DNA of 64,000 nucleotides from Paraspadella gotoi. Taxonomy: Eukaryota > Animalia > Chaetognatha. The first letter of the stretch is position 1; each line of letters starts with the position of its first letter. Location: NCBI GenBank assembly GCA_051294375.1, contig CM119266.1:9990538-10054537 (forward strand), written 5' to 3'. The translations under genes and the position numbers were made by a program. Below the pieces are notes generated by a model. That model saw nothing but the letters and a program-made list of their open reading frames with translations. It did no database searches and was not told the DNA's origin. Shown here piece after piece: positions 26,613 to 40,339 of the stretch.

Positions 26613-27786
26613 TGATAACCAAGAAACAATTTTGCCTTCATTTATTTATTAAATTACCTGCATAAAAAAAAACAGTTAACAACGTATTACTATTAAAATT
26701 ACCATTTTCGGCGGTGGACGAGGGATGGGGTTACGAAGAGAAATAAAAAAACCAAAAGTAATTTCTGTCGTGAACATGAAATATCTGAACTTTTTCAAAA
26801 TCGTAAGAATAAAATAACGTAAAAAGAAAAAATAAAAAAAATAAGAAAATAAAAAAAAACTCCTCAAGACTAAAAAATGTCGGGTCGAAAAAAAAATGGG
26901 AAAAAAGAAAGAAGAGGAAATTGTCAAAGCCTCATAAATTTTCACGGTAACGATTCTTCGTGTCTTTTATTGAGCTTCTGCGACGCGGGATGGCGATGGG
27001 GGGGGAGGCGTGGGGGGCACTGGGCTGGGGGGTGTGGGAGAAGCGATGGTGGGGTCCGAGTGAGTACTGGGTAGTGAAGGATGCAGCGAGGAAGCGGGCG
27101 TCATATTTTCTCGTCGATCGTAAGGAAAATGTTTCGAGAGAACGCGGGCGTTCGGGAAAGTTTTTTTTTTTTTTTGCATTGAGTCAGCGCGTGCGCCCAG
27201 TTTGGCTCGAGGAGTTTCACGGGAGTCTGGGTTTCACAGAAAAAGTCCGGGCGGTGGAAGAGAATGTGAGGCGAGTCAAACGGGACGGTGAAGTGAACGC
27301 TGGATTGTCTCACTCGTAATAGGAAGAGGGAGAGGAAAAGAAAGAAGGCAAAGAAAGAAATTTAAAAAAAAAACAGTGAAGTGCACCGAAAAAAAAAACT
27401 AGAAAGGAATCCTTGTTCACTTTAATTTAATTAATTAATTTAATTAGTTTAAAGCTACATACATTTTAAAAACATTTACAACCGTTAAACTCCCCCCGCC
27501 AAAAAAAAACAGAATCGTTACATCGAATTAACTTGTACGACTGTAAAAAAAAAATACGGCCCAGAGCTTTCGTCGTTAAAAATTCTTTTAATACTGTATA
27601 CTTTAAAAATGGAAGAAGAGCCTAAAAGTTTCCCGCGTAAAAACCTCGAGATTTTCGGATTTTATATCACGCGATATATATTTTTTTAAGCCTTTTTTTT
27701 TCTTCTCTCTCTTCCATTATCGTCCCCCGATTTTTTCCCCAGAATTTTTCCCCCGAGGACAACGGTGGAGATTGAGAAGATAACTT

Positions 27787-27828
27787 ACGACGACGACGAC
27801 GACGACGACGACGAAGATGACGACGACG
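27787..27828. repeat. (GAC)n microsatellite
   Basis: Directly visible. Confidence 0.9.
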
Positions 27829-29154
27829 TGATGTTCGCAGCCCAGTCGGTAGTTACCAGGTCACCTCTTCGATTTCTGTCACAACCGGAAGTAGAAAGAA
27901 AGCTAGTTGTTTCGAAGGTCGCCAGCATCCTCTGATGTGCTGTTTAGAAACAAAGATTTTAGACTGACAGCCTGACCGAACANNNNNNNNNNCGGTTTTT
28001 ATCTTTCTTTTAACCTTCCCTCTTGGTTTTAAGCTTTTCGGTTTCATATCACTTTTAATCTTTTCCGCCTTCGGGAATTTTTACGTTCTTATACAACTTG
28101 TTTTACAGTTTTGGATTTCTTTTAAACCAATGCTGTCTGCTGTTTTGTCTTTATTCCGTCCGTAGAAAAGTTTTCGTATTATTAACATTGATACTTACGT
28201 ACGAATTTCTTTCAGTTTTTTGTTTTTTTTTGTTTTTTTTGTTTTTCCTAAAAATATACGCACCATTTCATTGATCGGTAAGACTCGTCTTCTTAAAGTT
28301 TATAAATTAATTTAGGAAACTGGGGCCTGAAATTTTATTATCTTGTAACGATGGAAACCACCATTTACTGTCTAAAATCAGGTGCAAGATAGGTTATTTA
28401 TTTATTAAAAGAATGTATAACATTTACANNNNNNNNNNNNNNNNNNNNNNNNNNNNNNNNNNNNNNNNNNNNNNNNNNNNNNNNNNNNNNNNNNNNNNNN
28501 NNNNNNNNNNNNNNNNNNNNNNNNNNNNNNNNNNNNNNNNNNNNNNNNNNNNNNNNNNNNNNNNNNNNNNNNNNNNNNNNNNNNNNNNNNNNNNNNNNNN
28601 NNNNNNNNNNNNNNNNNNCTTCGAGTTTGTTTACATTTCGGAGAGAGGCCGACAATTTGTTTGCCTCCCGAAAGCCATAAAAGCGCCCTCTAAATAGGGT
28701 TTGATGCACGATCTTCTTCTCTCGAATATTGGATCTCTTTTTTTTTTTCATTTTTATTATTTTCCCGCTCGCGGCGCTGGTGTCGAGATGTCGCCTCTTC
28801 TTTCCGCAGACAAAAAAATTTCGGAGATCGGGTTGTTTTTTTTGTTGCCAATTTTTGTTGTCAGAGATTCGGCGCTCTTTAGTTGGGAAATTTTTTTAAT
28901 TTCCGATTTATAAACTCGAAAAAGTAGCCATCCGTATAGTAAATAAACGGTTTAATTAGGTACCGTAATTTTCTCCAGAAGTCATTAAATATTTCAATAT
29001 TGTATCTATTTTAGTTGATTTATATTATTTTAATATTAAAAACAGATCTTTATTTGTATTCATTTAGTTGATCAGTATCATTAGTCATGATAAGAGGGTG
29101 GGAAGGAGAGAGAGAGAGAGAGAGAGAGANNNNNNNNNNNNNNNNNNNNNNNNN

Positions 29155-29196
<42 letters not shown>

Positions 29197-29199
29197 CAC

Positions 29200-30503
29200 C
29201 TTCTCTCTTGAATCAATGGTTTTAGATATATGGCATTTATTAGTCGATGGTCGATATCAGGAGCGGAGTCAGAGAGGAGAGAGATCGAGACGAGGAGAGA
29301 GAGAGAGAAGACGAGAGGAGCGACGAGAGACTCGGAGATGGAGACGAGAGATACGAGGAGGAGAGGAGGAGAGAGAGTGATGGAAGAGAGAGCGGACCCT
29401 CAGACCGACACAGAAATGTTAATGTAAAATGTTTACTTAGATAAATGCCTAAAAGAGAAAGGTTAGTCCGCCAGAAAGTTTAAAGAAAAGAGGGAGAGGA
29501 AAAGAGAAAGAGACAGAGAGAGACAAGAGACAGAGACAGACAAGAATGGTCAAAAAGAAGAACCAAGAAAAAGTAAAAAAGATGGAAATCGAGGGAAAGT
29601 GATCAAGACGATCTTTTTCCCGTTTTGCGTTTCTGTACGGAAATGTCCCTTAGAGACTCCGGCGACACATCCGGGGATTAGCGAAAAGGCGATCACGCGC
29701 GAAGGGGGGGAAGGTGAGGAACAAACATCCGGTGAGAACTTTGTGAGGGCAGATGGTGGAAGGGAAAATAATCGGGTGATCTCGAGGGACGAGGAGCAAG
29801 CAACCAGGATGTGACGAGCTGAGGTAAGGAAGGAGGAAAATTATGGATGGAGGTTTTGGTGGGAGGAAAGTTTTGAAAGTGTATATGTATATTTTTACAT
29901 GGTTATTGCCACATTGTAGTTAGTTTATGCAAAGCAAAATTTTGCTTGATATACCTCTGGGTCGAGCTCTGGACTACTAAGCAACAGCATACGGGTTTGT
30001 TTTGAAATTCGCCGATTTTTTCTAGAGAAACCTTTTTTAAAATTTGGAAGCGAATCAAAAAAAAGGTTCATAGTTTGACACTGGTTCAAAAAAAAAATAG
30101 TAATTAATAACTCCAACTCGAAAGGAGACGATGCGTGAAAAAAGGGAAAAAATGGTTACACAATTCCTTATTATTAAAATTACGATATTGGTAACAATTT
30201 TTTTAAAATACTTATTACCAATTTAATTACGCTCTTTTAATTACTAGGCGTTAGGTCTCTTTAATAAATTTTATAAATTTATATTTGAATTCATTATAAA
30301 AAACCTTCGTTAGGTTTTTTTTGTTTTTAATTTTTTATATAATTTTTATTTCAAAATTACGACGGCGAGTGAATTTAATCCGCTAGGCGGCTCCCCCTTT
30401 CGCGCTAAATCAAACGACGACGACGTCAACGACCCCCGCGGAAAAATAAAATTTCAGTATCTCCCCAGTATTTGTATTCTGATTCTCAGAGAGAGGTTTT
30501 CTG

Positions 30504-30541
<38 letters not shown>

Positions 30542-33500
30542 CCTTCGTATTCATGCTTTATTTTCTTTTGTTTCTTTCAACTATTTGGTTCCTTTTCTGT
30601 GTTTTTTTTTGGCGCCTCGGCCTTCGATTTGGATTTCCGCTTTTTTATTTCGCTTTTATTTTAATTGTTTCGATTCTAGAACCTGTTCTAGCCGTCTCTT
30701 TCTCTCATTCTCTCCTCTCTCTCTCTCTCTTCTCTCTCGTCCTCTCCTCTCTCTCTCTCTCTCTCCTCTCGTCTGCCTCTCTCCTCTTTCCTCTCTCTCT
30801 CTCTTTCTCTCGAATTTTCCTTTCGAAAATCCAATTATCGCAAAAAATCGAAATTCAATCAGAAAGAAAGCCTCGCCCTGCGTTTTTTAAACCTTTGGAC
30901 CTTCGTTCGTCCTCCAATTAGGTCGTTCCGTCGTCCGGTCGTCGTCGCGTTCGTCGTCCGTCGTCGTTCCGTCGTTTTCGTCTTCGTCATTCGTGGATAA
31001 ACCAAGAAACAATTTTGCCTTCATTTATTTATTAAAATTACCTGCATTAAAAAAAAAACCAGTTAACACGATATTACTATTTAAAATTACCCATTTTCCG
31101 GCCGGCTTGGACGAGGGATGGGGTTACGGAAGACGAAATAAAAAAAAACCAAAAGCTAATTTCTGTCGTGAACATGAAATACTCCTAACTTCTTTCAAAA
31201 AAATCGTAAGAATAAAATAAACCGTAAAAATAAAAAATAAAATAAAACGAAATGAGAAAAATTTTTAAAAAAAAACTCCTCAAGCTAAAAAATGTCGCTG
31301 TCGGAAAAAAAAAAATGGGGGAAAAAGGAAAGAAGAGGAAATTGTCAAAGCCTCTTAAATTTTTCACTGGTAACGAATTTCTTCGTTCTTTTATTTGAGC
31401 TTTCTGGCGACGCAGGGGATGGGCGATGCGGGTCTCGGGTGGCAGCGTTGGGGGAGGCCTCGATGCTATCCAGTGTTTACCTGCGACTTGATATCTGGGC
31501 GGGGCACTGCGGCTGCTGGGAGGCTATGTTGGCGAAGAACACCAGTGGGGATGGTGCCGCTCGCCGGTCCGCAGTGAACAGAGACAGTACTGACGGTAGT
31601 GAAGGAATGCAACGCGAGGGGAAACTAGCCTATCCCCATATACGTAACTGGCCCTCAGACTCGTGGCTTCCTGTACGCGGATTGTATCTCCGCACTACGT
31701 CCAGAGCCGGCACCAACCACCTGAGCCCTCCTGCTCGGCGGCCCGTCATATTTTCTCGTCGATCGTAAGGAAATGTTCGAATGGATGCAACCGGTGCGCG
31801 TTCGAGGGAAAGGTTTTTTTTTTTTTTTGCATTAGTGGTTGCACCAGGCCGGCACGTGCCGCGCCCGTTTGGCCGAGGATAGGTTTCTGAGACATTAAAT
31901 TATCGGTGAGTCTGGGGGGGTTCACAGAAAAAAGTCCGGCGGTGTGGAAGAGAGGAATGGAGGCGAGCAAACGGACGGGAAGTGAAACGGCTGGTGTGCG
32001 CTCCAGCTCTCACTCGTAATAGGAGAAGAGGGAGAGAAAAGAAGAAGAAGAAGAAAGAGGAGAAAGAAAAGAGAAAAAATAACAGGAGAAAAAAAAGATA
32101 AGGCGTAAAGATAAAAGAAGCAAAGATTTTTGATAAAAAACACCCAGTGAAGGGTATAGTCAAGGAACTTATTGTGTTGCATTGCTTTGCGTATTTGTGC
32201 CACCAGAAAAAAAAAAAAAAAAACTATAAAGAATCCTTGTTTCACTATTAATTTATAATTAATTTAATTTAAATTTAGTCTTTTAAAGCGCTCATACATT
32301 TTTTAATAAACATTTACAATCCGTTAAACTCCCCCCGCCAAAAAAACAGAATGACGTTACATCCGAATTTAACTCTTTGTACGACTGTAAAAAAAAAAAT
32401 ACGGCCCAGAGCTTCACTCCGTCTGTTAGTAAGATTAGAAGACTCTCATTTAGTACTGTATACTTTGTATAAATGCGAAATGAAGAAGAGATCCTCCTAA
32501 AGTTTTACCCGTCGTGAGATAACAGTTTAATAATCAAAAGAAACTCTCGAGGAGTGTAAAATGATTTTTTTCGGAAAATGTTATATTCACGCGGAAAATT
32601 GATCTGTAGGACACTTCTTTTAAGCCTTTTTTTTTGCTCGTAACTATCATCACATAAAGTCCAGATAAATATTTATCGTCCCCCGATTTTTCTCCCCACG
32701 TAAATTTTTTCTCTCCTCACGAGTGTACCAGACAATGATCCCGGTGTGAGAGGTTTGATTGAAAATATAGAACTTTACGCGACGACGACGAGCTGCGACG
32801 CGAAGAATGACGACGATGGATGTTCGCAGCCCGAAGTCTACGTGCTGATTGGAAGCCCTGAATTATAATATGTGTGTAGGAAAGTGGTTTAGCCATGGTA
32901 ATTAAGCTGGGGTCAAAAACACCTCTTGTCGATTCTCCATGGTGGTACTATCAACCGGAAGTAGAATAAGAAAGTGCTAGTTGTTTGTTGTACGATAGTT
33001 GTAGTCGCAGCTATTCCTTGCCGATAATGGTGCTGTTTAGAAACATAATGATTTTAGACTTGACGAGACCTAGAAGATACCGCAAACAATAAAGGATTGT
33101 ATGTAAGTATAATAACACGACGACGACGACGACGACGAACGACAACTAATTTGACGAACGAACGGACGACGACGACGACGACGAAAGTACCGCTCGGGCT
33201 CATGGTAATATGTGTGGAATAAGAAACCGGAACAAAAAACGGAGCAGCGCTGTTTTATTTTCATCCTAACACCGGAACGAGTCTGGTCGCTTCCGGTCAG
33301 TGTATCTTAGAACTCCTTCTGTTCTCGTCTTATTCTCTCATTACATGACTGTTAAATTCGCCTCTCTCGTCTAGTACTGCACTCTGTTGCCCCCATCTCT
33401 CCTGTCTCTCTCTCTCTCTCGTCTCTCTCTTCCTACGAGCTTCTCTCTCACAATACTTTCATTCTCATACTCTCTCTCTCTCTGGCTCTTGACTCCGCCA

Positions 33501-36100
33501 ATCTTCTCCGCTTATGCTCGATAAGGATGGGGTCCGTTTTTTTTTTTTTTTGTATTTTATAGATTTTTTTGTTTCTTTTTTTCCCCTCTTGCGTTTTTTT
33601 TATCTTTTTCTTTTTTAACCTTCCTCTTGCGTTTTAAAAGCGTTTTGGTTTTTCAATATATCACTTTTAGATTCTTTTCCGTGCTCTTCGCTGATAGTCG
33701 GGAGAAATTTTTACAGTATGTCCGTTTCTTAGTAGCATACTTGTTTTTACAGTTTGGATCGTTTGGAGTGGGATTTCTTCATTTTTTTTTAATACCTTAA
33801 TGCTTAGTCTGCTTGTTTATGTCTTAGTATTTACTCTCAAAGTTTTAGCTCGTATTGCCTAAATATTATTAACAATGTCTCACTTATACGTGTTATGCGT
33901 ACGTGGTGTCCGGAACAGTGCAAGTCATTTCGCTTCAGGTAGATCTCGATTTTTGTTTGTTTTTTGTTTTTTGTTGCCTTGGTTGTTTGCCTAAATGCAC
34001 GAAAATAAGAATTCAGTAGGCCGCAAGCGCTCGTTCATTTGACAATCCTTTGACGCGTATGTAAGACTCGTTCCTGCTTAAAGGTTTATCATGAAATCTG
34101 AATTTTTTAGCGACAACTGGCCTGTAACATTTTTATATCTGTTGTAACGATGGAAAAACCACCATTTTTACTGTTTCATAATCGAGTCTTGCATCAGATA
34201 GGTTATATTTTATTTACTTAAAAACGAATGATATAACATTACCAGTCGTTCCCGTCTCCCCACTTCCTTCTCTTTGCCCTGTTCCAACCACATCCAAATA
34301 AAAAATATAATGAACATAAATTCTTTGTTGACATTTGTTTTAAATCGAGCTCTGCAATTTATGTCCCCAACCACGACGGCGCCTGGCATCTGCACACTGT
34401 TTGGGTGTGACCCCCTGGGTCCTAGGGTTAAGTGCCGCCCACGGTATGAGGCCCTTTGGTTCCGTTGTTTTACATTTTTGGTGGCTTGGGCGGCTGTCGC
34501 GTGTTTGAGTTGCGCTGTGCTAAACTTGGTAATAATCTTTTAGAAAAACTAGGAACATATGTTTTGTGTGTGTGGTTTTTATTCCTATCCCTTCTGAGAT
34601 CAATCATTTTAATATTAACTTGATACTTGTTATTTTAGATTGGTAATACGAATTAATTATTTATGACTTCACGGATTTGATGTTTATATTTTTTTATGTT
34701 AAGAATTGATGCTGTTTTTATATACTTGGATAATATGGGGAGATCCGACATATTCTCAAACTTGTTTGAGATATGAAAATGTGATAATATTGCCATGGTC
34801 TGGTTCAAAGTATTCTGGGGAATTAAGAGTAGCGCGCCGATGTTTTCAAACTAGGTAAAACCTTCCAAGACTTCATTATTTTTCAAACTTTTTTCCGAGT
34901 TTCTGATTAAAATTAGATTATGTGAACGTGGGGATATCAAGAGTAATACAAAATTACAAAACAATTTGAGTAAGATAAGGAACAAGATAATATACATTTG
35001 TTCTCCTTCAGAATTCATCGGACAATAATTCCAATTCTGTTATCTTTTGTAATCTCATATAGTTAATATGGCTTTACTCGGTATATCGCTTAAAGCGTCC
35101 CCTGTGCCTTTATCCTGGTCGCCGTAGTTTCATCCATGTCGCTTTGCCTCAGTTTGCATGCGAAGATCTACGAATCATCGCCATGATGCTAAATAAATCG
35201 ATGTTCGAGCTCTCCTGGATACTTCTCGGATCAATGTTAGACAATAGATCTCTGAGAGCGTCTCCCGTGACTCCATGGCTGTCCTGTCATGATACCTGAA
35301 TTGCTAACTGTTGGCACTCGTTGAGACAGACGCGTACTCAATACATCTAGTGCTACTGATACATGACCCGACCGACTTATAATGTGATCATACGAATCCA
35401 GTTTTAACATGGTCGATGAGTATTCTCGCATTACGCTCCCGGTGACTCCCGTTCGATTTTATACACTAGTAGTCATCCACCTAGAAAATGTTTTTTGCTA
35501 CTTTGGAAAGTCAGTACTTTCTGAAAAATTTCCTCAGCGGAAAAGGTTGATATAAAGAATGTATATGACCTCTTTTTCGAAAATTCTGATTTCATTAAGT
35601 GGAGTCAAACGATCTAATCTTCTCCCTTCGAAAATATTGGAAAAATCAACATTCTGCTTATTTATTTATTTTTTTATATTCTCCATTTATATATTTAAAT
35701 ATGGATGTTTCTGCCTCTTCGCAGGGTATATTGCTTTTTTATGTTGTTGGATTTTGGGCTAAAATGTGTCGACCTTAATTGAAATTATTTTATGTAGATG
35801 TCGCCTCTTCATTTTCGCAACGGCACTTCCTATGTTTATTCGCCTAAAAGAAATTTCCGGAGATCGGTGCACGGTTTTTTTTTTTGTTGCCATTTTTGTT
35901 AATTTATACAGAGATGGTCGAAATCTGTACCCTTCAAACTACAAAAGAAAAATGATTTTAAAATTTTGGATCATTATTCCTGTCTTGAGATTCTGGTACG
36001 TGTTTAGTTCAGGAAAGTTTTTTTTAATTTGTGTCCGGTGGAGATTAACTACAACTCCGACAAAGAAGGTTAGCCTTACTGTATGTATATAATAATTGGG
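29200..36100 (+). repeat. Insertion-rich noisy direct copy of ~25215-28950 following a 25-N gap
   Basis: Collinear anchors: 'ctcagaccgacacagaaatgttaatgtaaa' (25316 / 29399), 'gaatttaatccgctaggcggct' (26146 / 30371), 'ccgttaaactccccccgccaaaaaaa' (27482 / 32321), 'agatgtcgcctcttc' (28786 / 35796). The copy is much longer because of homopolymer expansions and junk insertions. Confidence 0.9.
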
Positions 36101-36888
36101 AGTAAGCAATAAGAATCACGGATCTCGTTATCTACACGATATATAATAAGACTGGAAGATCGTGGTGTACTATCCGCGTGTGCCCCCCAATGCTATGTAT
36201 GAGTGTGACAACTCGTTGCGAGCATTTTCGATTGCTCAATCTTCTCCGCCTGATACCACTCTGTCACGCTTCACGGACTCAGTTCGTATCAGCTAAGGTA
36301 TCTATCTTTCTCAACTATCTGTTACTATAGTGATTATATAATACATATAAAAAACAACTTCTTATTAATTTCATAGTCGTGTCCTATGTTATTCATTAGT
36401 CCTTTATTGAACATGAGTTTTTTTCTTGTTTCGTTTTATGGTGATAGTTTTTAAGCATCTCCATGGAAAGCGAAAAAAGCGGCAGAGGCCTAGTCACCAA
36501 AATTTCCCTTCTTCACTCCCTCTATCCATTCCCTTCAAGTCACGAGCTGGAAATTCTTAGGCTTGCGTGAGCCGAGGACGCGGCGAGGCGCGAGAACACG
36601 AGTCCACACCGCCTCCCGCCTAATGAAACGTATATTTTCTCCGGCGGAGGGGGGCGTGATGGGCTTCCGCGTGAGGGTCACGGGATATTCAAAAGGGAGC
36701 ACGACGGCGACTTTTTTGACGATAACGTGTGTCGGTTAGGGTAGCGGATAGGGGAGGGAAAGGGGGGGCGAAGAGAGAGAAGGGAGGGTGGAGAAATGGG
36801 TGACGTTTCATCCCATACTTTTTCGACACGAGGAGAGAAGAGAAGAGAGAGAAGACGAGATGAGACAGAGAGAGAGAGAAGCATGAGA

Positions 36889-36927
<39 letters not shown>

Positions 36928-38199
36928 TAATGTGCCTAAATGACCTGATTTGCAGAGAAAGTTAAAATAAAGCTTTTAACTAAATTATTATTAAACATTG
37001 GTGAGGTATAACTAAATTTTAACAAGATAAAAAACTTTATGTTTCTCTTTATAAGACAAATTAGGCAAGCGAGTCACTCAATTAAAACAAACTGAAAACA
37101 AAAAAATTGTACACGCCTTACCGTGAAAGAATCAGTTTTTACTCGAAATTTCTTGGTTTAGCGAGGAAAAAAATCTAAAAATATTTATTGTAAAAATTTT
37201 ATTTAAAAAAACCTTATTCATATTTATGCGAATACTTAAGAGAGAGATGCGGACGGGGGGTATCTAATATACAATATATCAAATTGCTCGTCAGGTTTAT
37301 TTAAAATTTGACTGATCCCTGACCTTAAGTGGAATATTTTAGACAAGAACCTCGGTTTTTTAGAACCAAATTAATAATGATTTAGTATGGACTTAGTAGA
37401 TGACCCCTTTCGTTTCTAGCGTTACAACGATTCTCTTTTTTCTGGATGAACAGCAAATAATACTTAACTAATTATTTAAGTATAATTAGCGATACTAATT
37501 GCTGGCCATTTTAAACGTTGAATTGGTATAGTATGGTATTATCTTATTCTTATGCCAAAATTCGACCGATATATAAATAGGCCATATTACTCTAAGTTCG
37601 TAAGTAATCGCTGATCCCTAAAGAATATTAATAGTACGTTCTTTTTTTTTCCAACGTGACCCAGTTTCGTCTCCAAATGCTTCAATACTTTAACCTACCA
37701 GCAACTCGTCGCAGTTTCCTCCCTAGCAACAAAAGCATTCGGCGTTCAGATAAAACAATGAGCACCAAAAATACCATGGGATAGGACTCAACTTATTTTA
37801 AATGTATTGACTATGAATATGGATATGCTGCAAATAGACATACTCAATCTTAGCTTCTACGAATTCTACGTCTACAAAGCTGGACAAGTAAATGCGAAGT
37901 GAATGGCGACTGGGTTCCCTTTTTCTACGAGTGAATTAAAATTGAAAACTACTTGGGCATCAAAACATCCAATGTATTTTATTTAATTACATATAATTAC
38001 AACTAATAAAAAATAAAACAAAAAAATACATGCTTATTGCTCATTGAACGCAAATTAAAACATATTTTGGACGCTTTATTTTACGTACGCGTACGACGTA
38101 CATTATTAGGCTACTGATAGCCTACTGATTAAAATTAAAATTTATTTTCTCCTACAATTTGGGAGGAAAGGACGTCATAAAGCGTGGTTCGGTTGGAGT

Positions 38200-39990
38200 A
38201 TACGGTGCCGACTGGGGGTCTGGCTGAATCGGCGCCAACGGTTGCACCTCACTGGAGCGGCTGTGTCCGCCGTTATCTCAGAAGGTCGACATTGCCGGAA
38301 ATAAATCTTGAAGCCTTCGGCAGGGTGAGCAACAGAATCCACGGGAATATAAAGACAGGGAGGCCTTTGAAGTGCCAGGACGGATTCGGAAAGAGTACAG
38401 ACTCTCCGCCGGAAGAGTAACGCTGGAAAGGTTCCATGCTGAAATGTGCGGAAGGTTTTCAGTTGAGTTGAGCACAAAAATTATCACGAGTAACGCCGCT
38501 CGGAAATACGCCACGAATCGACGCCGGTCGTGATGCGAAAACGGGTCCTTTGGCGCGACCCCCACGCGCCTTTCCATTATCGCGTTAAGACTCCACCGAC
38601 CTCTTTCCTCCTCCTCCAAAGATAACCCGCGTAATCTTTCCAGATCTTTCCTTGATCAAAGGCCAGATGTTTCGACCCCGGCACGTCTGGCGATGTAACC
38701 GTCGTCGGAAGATCTTCGGCTCCTTCTCCGCCACTTCCATGGTATTCTCGAGGACCAACGTGGTACCTGAAGCATCGACGTCCGCGAGTCGGCCAGCCTA
38801 TCGCCGCTCTCGAGCCGCCACCAGAAGGCCTCGAAGATCCGCGGTTCAGCTCCATCCCGTCCATGTCCTCCTTTTCTTTTGAGGCACCGTCTCTTGGAGG
38901 ATCCTTTTGGCTGGAGAGATCTTCTGCCTCCTTGAGATTTCTTTTGTAAAACTGGTGGGGAACCAGGCGTATCTTCTTCGTGCCCTTTGTCGAGGACTTA
39001 ACCTTAAAGGAAAAAAACGAACCGTGCTGAGGGCTGGCGGTGGGCTGAACCGTTTGAGCAAGCAGTTCGGGATTTGGTCGGAGGCCGCTGGGCACATGGG
39101 CGGAAATAGCTCCGTTCCGTTCTCACACAAAAAGGCCAGCATAGCGCCCGCACGTGTCGTCAGCCACATTTGGCGGAGGAGGGCAGTGTTCGCCGTCTGT
39201 TGGCGTCGCCGAAGAGGTTTTAGGGAGCAGATCGATGAAAGAGTAGGAGGTTACACTCCACCTGTTGCGGTCAATCGCGCCCCACGATATTTACAGTTGC
39301 TTTTTGTGGGAATAACCAGGTTAAATTTCCTTTCTTCGAGAATTTACTGCATGTTATAACACATTACACTATTCATGTCTATAATTTAATAAATTTTTTC
39401 TGAATTCGGAGATAAGGGATGTGCTTAAAAGCCGGAAAATGATAAGAGTCTGTGGCTTGAAAAGTAATATACGCAACGAAAGAAAAAGAAATAAATTTTT
39501 GCACTCTGTTAAAATTACCCAGAGTCGCGTTGGTCTCATGCTTCAAATCAATTCTTTCTATTCCGAATAATGTTGTAACACACCGCAGGCGTGAAATCCA
39601 ACCGCGCATTGCTGGTGGCGTTGATACTCGAGTCTCAGCACCCGAACTATAGTTTTCTTGGGCCCGACGTAGAGTTTCAAAGCTAAGATAAGTCAAGAAT
39701 GAGACGGAAGGACCCTGCTATCACCCACCGTTCTATGCGCGAGCGACCCTCTTCTCTTGCGCACAAAGGAATCCGGCGGCCTCCCGGTGAGAGAAGTTTT
39801 CAACCACTCGACCGGACGCTGTTCGTACGAACGAAAAATTCGAACATAAACAATCCCGTCCCAAAACTACGGGCCACTTGGCGGCCGTCGAACCGTCGTG
39901 TGCGGAGCTCGAAAGAAAGGCAGACGCCAGAAAACTGCCATCAGCCAAAGCACGCCGCGGCCAACCATTCAGTGAAACTGGGAGGTGTTG
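38200..39990 (+). mobile_element. Heavily decayed Ty3/Gypsy LTR-retrotransposon relic (gag, RT and integrase remnants)
   Basis: Hand translation, frames broken. 'SLRQGEQQNPREYKDREAFE' from 38312 resembles the gag LRQG-x-E-x-x-EY motif. 'LLRALCRGLNLKGKK' (~38975-39017) resembles RT L-x-x-GL-x-L-x-x-x-K. 'LSIPNNVVTHR' (~39553) resembles integrase GIP-x-x-I-V-TD. 'RSFQPLDRTLFVR...PKLRATWRP' (39792-39887) resembles the integrase C-terminal F-x-x-GD-x-V...KL-x-x-x-W-x-GP. Order matches Gypsy. Confidence 0.55.
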
Positions 39991-39991
39991 G

Positions 39992-40336
39992 TGTTAGGAT
40001 AACTCGACAAGGGCCGAGACACGATCACGATACCTCGAATGGAAAGAATTCTGTCGTCTCGCTCGGCTATCAGATTGTCTCGGTTGGCACGCGAATAACG
40101 AGGTAATTCCCTCAGATACGAACTGCGTTTGGACGAGTGGCTCTTTGACCTGAAGATGGAAACGATTCTCGTAAGCACAAGTTTGATGGAGTGATCCGGG
40201 TTTAATCCGCTAATGAAATCGGTTACAATCAACAGGATGTAAATAATCATTCAGTGTAATGAATAAAGCTCCATTTGCCCCGAAGCTGACTAATACACTC
40301 TAATAAACTAACTAAACTGAACTAACACTAATAACA
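39992..40336. mobile_element. Candidate LTR between the two retrotransposon relics
   Basis: Starts TGTTAG (39992) right after a G-rich tract (gggaggtgttgg). Its reverse complement CTAACA is at 40322-40327 (alternative end ATAACA at 40336). AATAAA at 40262 and 40302. No partner LTR found by eye. Confidence 0.3.
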
Positions 40337-40339
40337 TTC

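Noticed and set aside
31292-31890. 158-aa ORF and neighbours with complex-looking sequence
   Set aside because: Lie in an insertion burst of the noisy duplicate and are absent from the clean copy at 26.9-27.2 kb.
34270-35600. Non-repetitive sequence that might be a gene or transposase
   Set aside because: No recognisable motifs in the frames I translated; it sits inside the noisy copy between anchors that are close together in the clean copy.
38577-39095. 172-aa minus-strand ORF as a host gene
   Set aside because: Antisense to the + strand Gypsy relic; no recognisable domain.
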